A program made the position numbers and the translations under genes. Shown piece after piece: positions 26,842 through 35,957 of a stretch of 64,000 nucleotides of DNA. The first letter of the stretch is position 1. Each line of letters starts with the position of its first letter. The notes below the pieces were generated by a model. It had not been told where the DNA came from. It made no database searches and was given only the letters and a program-made list of their open reading frames with translations. The stretch comes from Myxococcota bacterium. Lineage in GTDB: Bacteria; Myxococcota_A; UBA796; CAJQPC01. The DNA lies in NCBI GenBank assembly GCA_036229005.1, contig JAZAMN010000020.1, positions 160,001-224,000 of the forward strand, written 5' to 3'.

Positions 26842-27785
26842 GTCCAGAGCACCGCGTGGAGGTGTCCGACGGCCCAGTCGAGCTCGTCGGCGGTAACAGT
26901 CATCGGGGGGCAGATGTGTAGCGCATCCGAGCCCGCGACGTGCACGAAGAGTCCGGCATCCCGCAGCTTGCGCGCCACCTTCTCCGCCCCGCCGAGCCGC
27001 TCGTGGGGCACCAGCACGGCGTAGAGCCCCAGGGCGTCCAGCGCGCTCACCAGCTCTCCGGGGAGCTTGCGCAGCTCCACGAACAGGTGCTTGCCCAGCG
27101 CGCGCCCCGTGGGCATCAGCTCGGAGACCTGCTCCAGGGCCACCTGAGCGCAGCGACCCGCCAGAGCGCCAGCGCCAAACTCCAGCTCCAACGCCGAGAC
27201 CTCCTTGGGTCCCAGCAGCGCTCCAGCGCGCACCACGCCCGCGCCCAGGCCCTCGCCGAGCACCACCAGATCGGGCGCCAGGCCCTCGTGCTGGTAGGCA
27301 AAGAGCTTGCCCGTGCGGCCCAGTCCGGTGCGCCGCTCGTCCAGGATCAGAGGCACCCCAGCGGCTCTGGCGGCCTCGGAGACCTCACCCAGCCAGCCCT
27401 CGGGTGCGAGCCGGGCCCCTGCCAGGCCAGCGACCACCGCGCTGCAGCCGTCCGGAAGGTGCACCGACGCACCCCCATACAGACGCGCCACCTCTCCTCC
27501 CCCCACAAAACGCAGGGCGAGCGCCATGGCCTGATCGCCGCTCCCCGTCAGCCGGGCCCCCGCGAAGGGGGTGCGCTCCAGCAGCATGGCCTCGGCCGCC
27601 CGCTCGGCCTCCGTGGGGAAGGGGCAGAGGGCCAGATCCTGGAGCTGCGCGATCGCCGCCTGCACCGCCTGGGCCTGTCGGTAGCCCAAGGTCAGCTCAG
27701 GACGGGACAGGTCCATGCGAGGAACCCAGAGGTCGTTGCGCACCCAAGCGCCGTCGGCCTGGGCCACCAGGAAGGGGTCGGACAC
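26838..27785 (-). CDS. Class III aminotransferase homologue (ornithine aminotransferase-like), catalytic Lys replaced
   Basis: LILDERRTGLGRTGKLFAYQHEGLAPDLVVLGEGLG; C-terminal LHICPPM. Confidence 0.8.
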   Translation of the reverse strand: MSDPFLVAQADGAWVRNDLWVPRMDLSRPELTLGYRQAQAVQAAIAQLQDLALCPFPTEAERAAEAMLLERTPFAGARLTGSGDQAMALALRFVGGGEVARLYGGASVHLPDGCSAVVAGLAGARLAPEGWLGEVSEAARAAGVPLILDERRTGLGRTGKLFAYQHEGLAPDLVVLGEGLGAGVVRAGALLGPKEVSALELEFGAGALAGRCAQVALEQVSELMPTGRALGKHLFVELRKLPGELVSALDALGLYAVLVPHERLGGAEKVARKLRDAGLFVHVAGSDALHICPPMTVTADELDWAVGHLHAVLWT

Positions 27786-27888
27786 GAGCGCACTCCAGCA
27801 GGACAGCGACCATAGCCCGGGTGAGTCTTGCGCCCCACTGCACAGCCCCCTCCGCTTTGCATATGCTGCGCGGAAACCTGGAGGGCAG

Positions 27889-29004
27889 ATGCCCCGCTAC
27901 CGCGCACCCGACTTTTCGGCTCTGGGCCTGGATCAGACCCCAGACTGCCGCTTCGCCCCCGCCCCCGCGGACACGGTGCTCCCGGACGGCTTTCTATGCA
28001 CGACCAACTTCCCGACCTACGTGCGCGTCGGGGGCCAGTGGCGCATGCCCGACGACCCCCGGATGGACAGCCACGTGGTGTGGGATCCGGAGCAGGACAA
28101 GCTGGCCATTCGGGAGTTTCGCTGCATCAAACAGGGCGACCTGGTCGCGGTCGCCACGGCCGAGGACGGCAGCGAGGGTGTGTTCGTCTGGGACAAGGGC
28201 TTCGAGCACCCGGTGGAGGGAGAGGGAGGGCCGGATGATGCCTTCTCGTTCATGTCCTCCGACGTGAGCCGGGAGAAGCCCGTCAACTACGATGGACTGC
28301 TGGCCGCATTCGAGGACAACCGCGGCGAGAAGGGCCACATCCTCTGGGTGATCGGCCCCGCGCTGGTGCACTCCCGGGGCCGCGCCGCCATGGAGTGGAT
28401 GATCCGCCAGGGCTACTGCCACGGCCTGCTCACCGGCAACGCCGTGCCGGTGCACGACATCGAGATGGCGCTCTTTGGCAGCTCCCTGGGCATGCACTGC
28501 GACGGCAGCGTGGCCCCCGGCGGCCACAACCTGCACATGAAGGCCATCAACGCGGTCAAGCGCGCCGGCTCGATCCAGGCCATCTGCGAGAGCGGTCAGG
28601 TCGACGCCGGCATCATGAAGGCGGCCGTGGACTGCGGCGTGCCCTACGTGATCGCTGGCAGCATCCGGGACGACGGCCCGCTGCCGGACACCATCACCGA
28701 CGCCGCCCAGGCCCAGGCCGCCATGCGCGAGCACACCACCAAGGCCACCATGGTCGTGATGGTGGCCACCGCGCTTCACGCCATCGCCGTGGGCAACATG
28801 CTGCCCACCTTCTGCGTGCGCCCCGACGGCAGCCTGGACGAGCTGGCCACCATCGTGGTGGACCAGACCGAGTTCCTGGTCGCCAAGCTCAAGGACCGGG
28901 GGACACACCAGGCCTTTGGGGTGGTGACCAACGCCCAGGACTTCATGCGGGTGCTGCAGCTTGAGCTGCAGGGGCGCGGGGGCGGCGCTGGCCCCATCGA
29001 ATAG
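27889..29004 (+). CDS. LOR/SDH-domain (TIGR00300-like) protein, putative ornithine cyclodeaminase
   Basis: TTNFPTYV, MDSHVV, FMSSDVSREKP, GNAVPVHDIE, AGSIRDDGPLPD, LHAIAVGNMLP, KLKDRGT. Confidence 0.8.
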   Translation: MPRYRAPDFSALGLDQTPDCRFAPAPADTVLPDGFLCTTNFPTYVRVGGQWRMPDDPRMDSHVVWDPEQDKLAIREFRCIKQGDLVAVATAEDGSEGVFVWDKGFEHPVEGEGGPDDAFSFMSSDVSREKPVNYDGLLAAFEDNRGEKGHILWVIGPALVHSRGRAAMEWMIRQGYCHGLLTGNAVPVHDIEMALFGSSLGMHCDGSVAPGGHNLHMKAINAVKRAGSIQAICESGQVDAGIMKAAVDCGVPYVIAGSIRDDGPLPDTITDAAQAQAAMREHTTKATMVVMVATALHAIAVGNMLPTFCVRPDGSLDELATIVVDQTEFLVAKLKDRGTHQAFGVVTNAQDFMRVLQLELQGRGGGAGPIE

Positions 29005-29048
29005 ACTGGCCCCGTCCCGGGTCTGATGCCCCGAACTGGAGATCCCCA

Positions 29049-29615
29049 ATGCACCTGCTCGCTCTGCTCGCGCTCCCCTTCGCCGCGCCCCAGCTCTCCG
29101 ACCTGCTGGTCGCACAGGACGCCGTCGAGGCCCCCGCTGCACAGGCCCCCGAAGTCCAGGACAGCGTCCAGACCTTCACGGGCACCTACAAGGTCAAGGG
29201 CAGCGCCGAGGCTCAGCGCCAGAAGCTGGACAAGCTGGCGGAGGAGGCGGCGGCCGACTTCCCCTTCTACGCCAAGAGCATCGCGGAGGGCCGCCTCAAG
29301 GAGGCCATCACCATGTGCGAGGTCTACGACATCGACCTGCAGGCCGACACCTGGATGAACAAGTGCGACGCGCTGCCGGCGCTGAACCGCCCCATCGACG
29401 GGAGCGCCACCACCTGGCAGGGCGCGAACGGCCCCGTGACCACCACCATCAAGCGCATGGACAACACCGTGGTGCTGCGCCTCAAGACGGAGTCCGGGAC
29501 CCGGGTGAACACCTTCAAGTTCCACGACGACGACACCATGACCCTGCACGTGACGCTGGTGTCCGACAGCCTGGAGAAGCCCGTGAAGTGGGTGATTCCC
29601 TACGTCAAGGGGTAG
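29049..29615 (+). CDS. Hypothetical exported protein
   Basis: Signal peptide, GGAG SD, strong codon bias. Confidence 0.75.
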   Translation: MHLLALLALPFAAPQLSDLLVAQDAVEAPAAQAPEVQDSVQTFTGTYKVKGSAEAQRQKLDKLAEEAAADFPFYAKSIAEGRLKEAITMCEVYDIDLQADTWMNKCDALPALNRPIDGSATTWQGANGPVTTTIKRMDNTVVLRLKTESGTRVNTFKFHDDDTMTLHVTLVSDSLEKPVKWVIPYVKG

Positions 29616-29829
29616 TTCTCCGAAGCATGAGTTCCGACACTCTTCGCGTGCCGGAGCTCTTGCTCCAGAGAACTATTGTCTTCTCCGGGGGACACCCCCG
29701 GAAATGCGCCTTGCGGCGCAGCCCCCGCGGGCCCACTCGGGCCCGTGTTCTGCCGGACGGGCCTGTTTGGAACTCTTGCCCGGCAGAACCAGCCCAACAG
29801 GGCTGGGGTCCCCCCCCGGGGGGCTGGGC

Positions 29830-30555
29830 TCAGGCCTGTTCGTCCACCAGCTTCTGCCACTGGGCGATCATGTGGGTCATGCCCACCAGCCCCAGGGGGA
29901 TGGTGACGAACATGCCGACGTAGCAGGCCATCACGCCCACGCTGCCGAGCATGTTGAACACGATCGCGCCCAGCACCACCATGATGTAGGCGCCGCTGTT
30001 GGCCTTGATGGCCGCGATGGACAGCTTGGGGGAGGCGATGGGGAAGCTCTCCCCCGTGAAGCCCCGCCGGATCAGCTCGGGCATGGCCACGTTCAGGCCC
30101 AGCGCGCCGACCATGGCCAGCAGGCCGACCAGCATGCCGATCAGCCCCATGATCAGCCCGGCGATGGTCTCAATCCCGGTGCCGCGGGTCGCCTCTCCGA
30201 TCAGCGCGAAGGGCAGGGTGAAGAGCTGCAGCACAAAGATGAGCGCGCCGAAGCCAAAGCCCACGCTGAACACCGCCAGGAAGGGGGCCCAGCCCTTCTC
30301 GAGCTGCTTGCCGAAGTCCAGGCTGGGCAGCGTGTCCTCGCCGGCGCGCACCCGCTCAAAGATCTCCCGGCACCAGCCGAGCAAGACGACATACCCGACA
30401 ATGGGGATCAGCGTGATCAGCCCCATCATCCCCGCCTTCTGGACCCACTGAGGGTCCTTGGTCAGGAAGGAAAAGGCCGCCCCGATGTCCACGGTTCCAG
30501 TGCTGGGAACCCCGCCCCCGCCACCAGCGGGGGGCTGCTTCTGCTTGATCTCCAC
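29830..30555 (-). CDS. DUF4013-like membrane protein
   Basis: AFSFLTKDPQWVQK...LIPIVGYVVLLGW...LP pattern; several TM helices. Confidence 0.75.
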   Translation of the reverse strand: MEIKQKQPPAGGGGGVPSTGTVDIGAAFSFLTKDPQWVQKAGMMGLITLIPIVGYVVLLGWCREIFERVRAGEDTLPSLDFGKQLEKGWAPFLAVFSVGFGFGALIFVLQLFTLPFALIGEATRGTGIETIAGLIMGLIGMLVGLLAMVGALGLNVAMPELIRRGFTGESFPIASPKLSIAAIKANSGAYIMVVLGAIVFNMLGSVGVMACYVGMFVTIPLGLVGMTHMIAQWQKLVDEQA

Positions 30556-30656
30556 GAGACCTCCTGGCGGGAGTCTGCCACAGCCCTCAGGAGAAGACTG
30601 ACATCGGCCCTCAAGTCGCGGCCCATCGGACCGATTGCGCTGCCATCGGAGGCCCC

Positions 30657-31517
30657 TTGGACAACCACCTCACCCGCTTTGACGACCGCTTTGGCATCCC
30701 CGCTTGCGAGACCGGCTCCGCGCCGGTGTTCCTGCTCTCCGCGGGTTGGCGCAGCGGGAGCACCCTGCTGCAGCGCCTGCTGGGGAGCAGCGGAGAGCTG
30801 CTGATGTGGGGGGAGCCCTACGGACGCGCCGGGCTCATCCCCGCCATGACCCGCGCGAGCTTCTGCCTGCGGGAGGAGTGGCCCAACGAGATGCACTGCC
30901 GGGTCCCCGACGCCCCCGAGCGCCAGGAGGCCTGGATCGCCAACATGTACCCGGAGCCCGCCGCCCTCAAGGCCAGCTTCCGGGCGCAGCTCGACACCCT
31001 GTTCGCCCAGCCCGCCGCCGCCCGCGGTCACCAGCGCTGGGGCATCAAGGAGGTGCGCCTCCAGGCAATGGACGCCCGCTTCCTGCGCTGGATCTACCCG
31101 GACGCCCGCTTTGTGTTCCTGCTGCGCAGCCCCTGGGCCGCGTGGTCCTCGGCCAAGGGCATCCCCTTCTACGAGCAGTGGCCCACCCGCAAGGTCGAGA
31201 CGGTGCAGGCCTTCGCCGCCCACTGGAACAAGCTCGCTCTGTCTTTCATGCAGTGGCCCGACGACTCCGGGATGATCGTCCGCTACGAGGACCTGATCCG
31301 ACCCGGCTTCAACCTGCAGGCGCTGGCCGACCACTGCCAGCTCTCGCACATCGACCCCACGCCCCTGCAGCACAAGATCCGCGGCCTCCGCAAGGAGCCC
31401 AGCCCCCTGAGTCCCCAGGAGGTGAGCTTCATTCAGCAGGTGTGCGGGACGGCGTGCGAGGTCGCGGGCTACCGGACGCCGGTGGTGCCAGGGGTGGGTC
31501 GGCCGGCGGTAGGGTGA
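30657..31517 (+). CDS. Sulfotransferase family protein
   Basis: WRSGSTLL PAPS loop, WGIKE, PDARFVFLLRSP, VRYEDL. Confidence 0.85.
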   Translation: MDNHLTRFDDRFGIPACETGSAPVFLLSAGWRSGSTLLQRLLGSSGELLMWGEPYGRAGLIPAMTRASFCLREEWPNEMHCRVPDAPERQEAWIANMYPEPAALKASFRAQLDTLFAQPAAARGHQRWGIKEVRLQAMDARFLRWIYPDARFVFLLRSPWAAWSSAKGIPFYEQWPTRKVETVQAFAAHWNKLALSFMQWPDDSGMIVRYEDLIRPGFNLQALADHCQLSHIDPTPLQHKIRGLRKEPSPLSPQEVSFIQQVCGTACEVAGYRTPVVPGVGRPAVG

Positions 31518-31520
31518 GGG

Positions 31521-32192
31521 TCAGTCGGTCAGGGCTTCACAGTTGTAGGTCCGAACACCGCTGGGTGTGGGTCCGATCAGGCCCTCCGGGACGGAGTAGC
31601 TCCACTCCCCGTAGTAGACTTGGACGAAGTAGGACCACTTCCCCCTCTTGACGAAGAGCGCGTCCAGGTGGTCTCTGAACACCGAGATCCACACGTCCTC
31701 TTTGACCTGGGGAATGGTGATTCGGGCCCAAGTCTCTCCACGGGCCCCCGCGACCCTGTAGGGGGGGTTCTCCAGCTCCCAACCGACTCCCTGCAGTCCG
31801 GAGCGGAGCATGGAGATCGCGATCGGGAGCATCTCCAGCTCTGGGTCATCAAAAGGCTCGAACAACTCGTCCACGTGAGCCTGGTGGAGCGCCTGTCCAT
31901 CCCAGAAGATCCGATACCGCCCCGACCTGGACTCCAGCACGAAGCGCTCGGTATCGTCGAACCAGAGGTGCGCCGACTCCGACGGCATCACGTAGCTGGG
32001 TTGGGGCTCCTTTGTCGCCCCGAAGCCGAGCATCAGACACACGCCATCCGTGCTGCGAGCCTCGGCGAGCGCCTGCTGGAACTCCGCAGGGGCTCCGAAG
32101 ACCGAGGACTCCTTGTCAGACGGGGGTGCCGCCAGCTCAGGGGTCTCGCTGCAGGCGAGCAAGCTCAGCAGCGTGAGTGCAGTCGGTCCCAT
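31521..32192 (-). CDS. Hypothetical lipoprotein with atypical codon usage
   Basis: LLAC lipobox, GGAGAG SD; more A/T-ending codons than neighbours. Confidence 0.7.
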   Translation of the reverse strand: MGPTALTLLSLLACSETPELAAPPSDKESSVFGAPAEFQQALAEARSTDGVCLMLGFGATKEPQPSYVMPSESAHLWFDDTERFVLESRSGRYRIFWDGQALHQAHVDELFEPFDDPELEMLPIAISMLRSGLQGVGWELENPPYRVAGARGETWARITIPQVKEDVWISVFRDHLDALFVKRGKWSYFVQVYYGEWSYSVPEGLIGPTPSGVRTYNCEALTD

Positions 32193-32234
32193 CTCTCTCC
32201 CCTAAAAGCTGCGGGCTACCCGCCCCGCTGCACT

Positions 32235-32439
32235 CTACTCCGGCCGCTCCAACACCCGCTGGTCCCCACCCGAGCTCCCATCGAGCTCCAGCTCGGAGAT
32301 CAGCACGGGCGGGACGGCCCAGGCGCCGGGCATGCCGCCGACGGCGCCGAGGTAGAAGCGCTCGCTGCCGGGGGGGGCCGTCCATGACGCCGATGTAGTC
32401 GCCGGTCTCGCCGGCCAGGGTGGCGTCCCGCAGGACGCG
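32235..32439 (-). pseudogene. Orphan 3' remnant of the tldE-like gene (diverged direct repeat of 37663..37866)
   Basis: Encodes RVLRDATLAGETGDYIGVMDGPP/GSERFYLGAVGGMPGAWAVPPVLISELELDGSSGGDQRVLERPE*; no start; +1 G in G-run 32370-32377. Confidence 0.92.
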
Positions 32440-32442
32440 CCC

Positions 32443-34890
32443 TCAGCGCAGCGCGATCCCCAACACGTCGGCGAGCACCCCCGCCGCCGTCACGTCGCCG
32501 CCCGCGCCCGGCCCCTGGACCACCAGCGGCTGCCGCGGGTAGCGCCGGGTCGTGAAGGCCACCAGCGAAGCCGCCCCCCGCAGCGCAAAGGCCGGATGGG
32601 ACTCCTCCACGAACACAGGGCCCACCACCAGGCTGGGCTGCGGCTCCAGCTCCACCGTGGCCAGGTAGCGCAGCCGCCGACCCTGCTTGGCCTCCAGCTC
32701 GATGCGGGCTCGCAGCTCCGCCCCAAACTCGCCCAGCGCCCCCAGGAACTCCTGGGGTCCCTCGATCTCCAGCAGCGCCTGGGGCACCAGCGGCTCCACC
32801 TGCACATCGCACAGTTCCAGGCGCAGCCCCAGCTCCCGGGCCAGGATCAGCGCCTTCCGCGCCGCGTCCGTGCCCGCCAGGTCCTCCTGCGGCCGCGGCT
32901 CCGTGAAGCCCCGCTCCATGGCGAGGCCCACCGCCTCATCCAGCGCCATGCCCCCACTCAGCGCATCACACAGAAAGCCCAGCGTCCCGGACAGCGAACC
33001 CTGGATCCGGGTCACCCGATCCCCGGTGCGCAACAGATCCTGCAGCGTGGAGATCACCGGCAGCGCAGCCCCCACCGTGGTCTCGTAGCTCCAGCTCCGG
33101 TGCGCCTCCGCCCGCGCTGCCCGCAGCCGGTCCACCGTCCCCAGCGGCAGGGTCAGCGGCTTCTTGTTCGCACCGACCACGTGGATGCCCCGGCTCCAGG
33201 CCGCCTCATACAGACCCGCCAGCGCGCCAGATGCCGTACAGTCCACCAGCACCGGCTCGTGCAGCCCCGCCAGCCAGTCCAGCACAGACTCCGTCACGGG
33301 TCCCCAGGGGCCCTCCGTCTGCTCGCCGCCCTCCAGCAGAGCTGACCAGTCCTCCAGAGCCAGGCCCCGAGAGTCTGTGACGACCCGCCTTCGGTCCGCG
33401 AGCCCCACCACCCGGAGCTCCAGTCCGTGCTCCTTCTCCAGCACCGGGGCCTGTTCGTGAATCTGTGTGAGCATCGCACTCCCCACGGTCCCCTTCCCCA
33501 GCACCAGCAGGCTCGCGCGTCTGTGCGCCAGGTGAAACGCATCGTGCACCCGCCGCACCGCCTGCGGCAGCGACTCTTGGCGCACCACACACGAGATCGA
33601 CCGCGCCGACGCCGACTGCCCGATCGCCAGCACGTTGATGCCCAGGCTCCCCAGCGCCGAGAACAGACGGCCCGCCACGTTGGGCGTGCGCCCCATCGCC
33701 TCGGCCACCAGGGTCAGCAGCGCCACCCCACCGTGCACCTTGGGTTCTTTGAGCTCCCCCCGCGCCAGCTCCCCCGCGAAGGCCTCTGTGATGGCCTTGA
33801 GCACCGCCTGCTGGTTCTGTGCGGGGACCACCACGCTCATGGCCTGCCCGTGCGCCGAGTGGGTGGCCAACCACAGTTGATCCACGACGGGGTCGAGGGC
33901 TCTGTGCAGTCGCTCAGCCAGCGGCCCACCGCGAGACACCGTCTGTAGCTGGAGATCGATCAGGATCTGCCCCTCAAGCGAGGTCACCGAGGTCGCGTTG
34001 CGCTCGTCGTTGCTGCCCAGCGGCGTGATCCAGGTCCCGGGGGCGTCGGGTGCGTCCAGGTTGCGGATCCACAGCGAGATGCCGTCCTGACGCAGCGGCA
34101 GCATGGTGCGTCGGTGCAGCACCCGCGCCCCGAAGGTGGCCAGCTCCAGCGCCTCATCGTAGGAGAGCTGCTCCAGCGGCCGGGCGTCGTCGACCAGCTT
34201 GGGATCGGCGCTCAGCACGCCGTCCACGTCCGTCCAGATCTGTACCTGATCCGCGCCCAGCCCCTGCGCCAGGAGGGTCGCGCTGTAGTCCGATCCATTG
34301 CGGCCCAGGGTGGCGGTGCCCCCGCCGCGGCGCTGGGCGATGAAGCCGGTGACCACCGGAATACAGTCTCCCCACCCGGCCTGCAGGGTCCGCAAGCGCT
34401 CAAAGGAGGCATCGAGCTCCACCAGACCCCGGGGACCCTCCACCAGCAGCCAGGTGCGGGCGTCCACGGCCTGGGCTGGCACACCCGACACAGAGAGCGC
34501 GCTGGCCACCACCTGCGAGGCGACCAGCTCGCCGTAGGCGAGGACCCGGTCCCGCACGCCATCGGGGACCTCCCCCAGCAAGCGCACCCCCTCCAGCAGC
34601 GAGCGCAGCTCGCCCCGCAGGATCTCCAGGCGAGCCCCGACTGCGGCCGGCAGCTCGTACTGTGTTGTGTCTCGCGCCAGGGCCTCCAACCCATCTGTGA
34701 CGGCTTCGGAGTCCCCGCGCTGCGCGGCATCCAGGAGCGCGAGCAGAGAGTCTGTGGTGCCTCCGAGCGCGCTGACGACCACTGCGACGGGGGACTGTGT
34801 GGCCTGTTCGCGCACGTGGCCGACCACGCGCTGGACATGGGCCGGGGAGCCCAGCGAGCTCCCCCCGAACTTGAGGACGACATGGCTCAT
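32443..34890 (-). CDS. Bifunctional aspartokinase / homoserine dehydrogenase (ThrA/MetL type)
   Basis: KFGGSS, LGRNGSDYSA, WTDVDGV, ACT domains, GKGTVG, ANKK, YETTVGAALP, GPGAGGDVTA. Confidence 0.93.
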   Translation of the reverse strand: MSHVVLKFGGSSLGSPAHVQRVVGHVREQATQSPVAVVVSALGGTTDSLLALLDAAQRGDSEAVTDGLEALARDTTQYELPAAVGARLEILRGELRSLLEGVRLLGEVPDGVRDRVLAYGELVASQVVASALSVSGVPAQAVDARTWLLVEGPRGLVELDASFERLRTLQAGWGDCIPVVTGFIAQRRGGGTATLGRNGSDYSATLLAQGLGADQVQIWTDVDGVLSADPKLVDDARPLEQLSYDEALELATFGARVLHRRTMLPLRQDGISLWIRNLDAPDAPGTWITPLGSNDERNATSVTSLEGQILIDLQLQTVSRGGPLAERLHRALDPVVDQLWLATHSAHGQAMSVVVPAQNQQAVLKAITEAFAGELARGELKEPKVHGGVALLTLVAEAMGRTPNVAGRLFSALGSLGINVLAIGQSASARSISCVVRQESLPQAVRRVHDAFHLAHRRASLLVLGKGTVGSAMLTQIHEQAPVLEKEHGLELRVVGLADRRRVVTDSRGLALEDWSALLEGGEQTEGPWGPVTESVLDWLAGLHEPVLVDCTASGALAGLYEAAWSRGIHVVGANKKPLTLPLGTVDRLRAARAEAHRSWSYETTVGAALPVISTLQDLLRTGDRVTRIQGSLSGTLGFLCDALSGGMALDEAVGLAMERGFTEPRPQEDLAGTDAARKALILARELGLRLELCDVQVEPLVPQALLEIEGPQEFLGALGEFGAELRARIELEAKQGRRLRYLATVELEPQPSLVVGPVFVEESHPAFALRGAASLVAFTTRRYPRQPLVVQGPGAGGDVTAAGVLADVLGIALR

Positions 34891-35957
34891 GGTGTGGTCC
34901 CTCCCAGGACCCGGGCGAAGATGGGGCCGAGCTGGCCCCACTCCAGAAGGAAGGCGTCGTGCCCGTGAGGGCTGGCGAGTTCGTGGTAGACGGCGCCGGG
35001 GATGCGGGCCGCCAGGGCCTGGACCGCAGCGGCCGGAAAGAGCTGGTCTGTGTCGATTCCGACCAGGTGTGTGTGAGGCAGCCGCGCCAGGCCCCAGGGC
35101 TCTGTTGGCCTCCAGGACTCCCCCGGATCCCGAGGGGGCCGCCGCTCGATGTCGTGGTGGTCCATCGCGTCCAACTGACACAGATAGGCGCGGGGGTCGA
35201 AGCGGTCGGCCAGCTTGCGGCCCTGGTGCTGCAGGTAGGTCTGTAGCTTGTAGGGTTGCACCGCGCTCCAGTCGGCGCAGGTCTGTGCGCGCCCCTGCCG
35301 GAGCTCCAGGCCGGGGTTGGCCCGGTAGCTCAGGTGGGCAAGCTGCCGGGCGCGCTCCAGTCCGTGTTCGTGGTCGGCCAGGATGCACTGGCGGCCGACG
35401 TGGTTCCAGCCCATCACCCACGGACTCGTGCGCTCCTGGGCCGCCAGGACCAGCAGGCGCCCGATACGCTCAGGGGCCAGCACACCCAGACACAGAGCGA
35501 TCATGCCCCCCAGCGAGCCCCCGGCGCAGAGCTCCAGGCGCGCCACGCCCAGGCGGTCCAGGGCCAGGAGCAGGGCGCGCGCCTGGTCCCAGGGGGTGAT
35601 GGGCGCGGGCAGCCAGTCCTCGTCTGTGGGAGGGAGCCCCTGGGTGCCCGCCGGGGCCCGGACACCCGGGACCTGTGCCAGGCGGGGGAAGCCTTGGGTC
35701 CGGGGCCCGGTGGAGCCATAGCAGGATCCCAGGTTGTTGAAACACAGAGTGCGGAAGCGCCCCGTGTCCACCTCCTTCCCCGGCCCCACGACCCCAGACC
35801 ACCACTGCTGGGGTCTGTGGTCGCCGGTCAGAGCGTGGATCACCAGCACCACGGGCGCATCCGCGGGCCCAAGGTCGCTCAGCGCCAGCGCCACATTGGG
35901 CAACTGTACGCCGCACTCCAGGGTCAGCGGCCCCAGCTCCAGCACAGACTCGCTCAC
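34887..35957 (-). CDS. metX: Homoserine O-acetyltransferase (alpha/beta hydrolase)
   Basis: HALTGD, NNLGSCYGSTGP, GGSLGGM, YLQHQGRKLADRFD, HGHDAFL; GTG overlaps metY stop. Confidence 0.92.
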   Translation of the reverse strand: MSESVLELGPLTLECGVQLPNVALALSDLGPADAPVVLVIHALTGDHRPQQWWSGVVGPGKEVDTGRFRTLCFNNLGSCYGSTGPRTQGFPRLAQVPGVRAPAGTQGLPPTDEDWLPAPITPWDQARALLLALDRLGVARLELCAGGSLGGMIALCLGVLAPERIGRLLVLAAQERTSPWVMGWNHVGRQCILADHEHGLERARQLAHLSYRANPGLELRQGRAQTCADWSAVQPYKLQTYLQHQGRKLADRFDPRAYLCQLDAMDHHDIERRPPRDPGESWRPTEPWGLARLPHTHLVGIDTDQLFPAAAVQALAARIPGAVYHELASPHGHDAFLLEWGQLGPIFARVLGGTTP

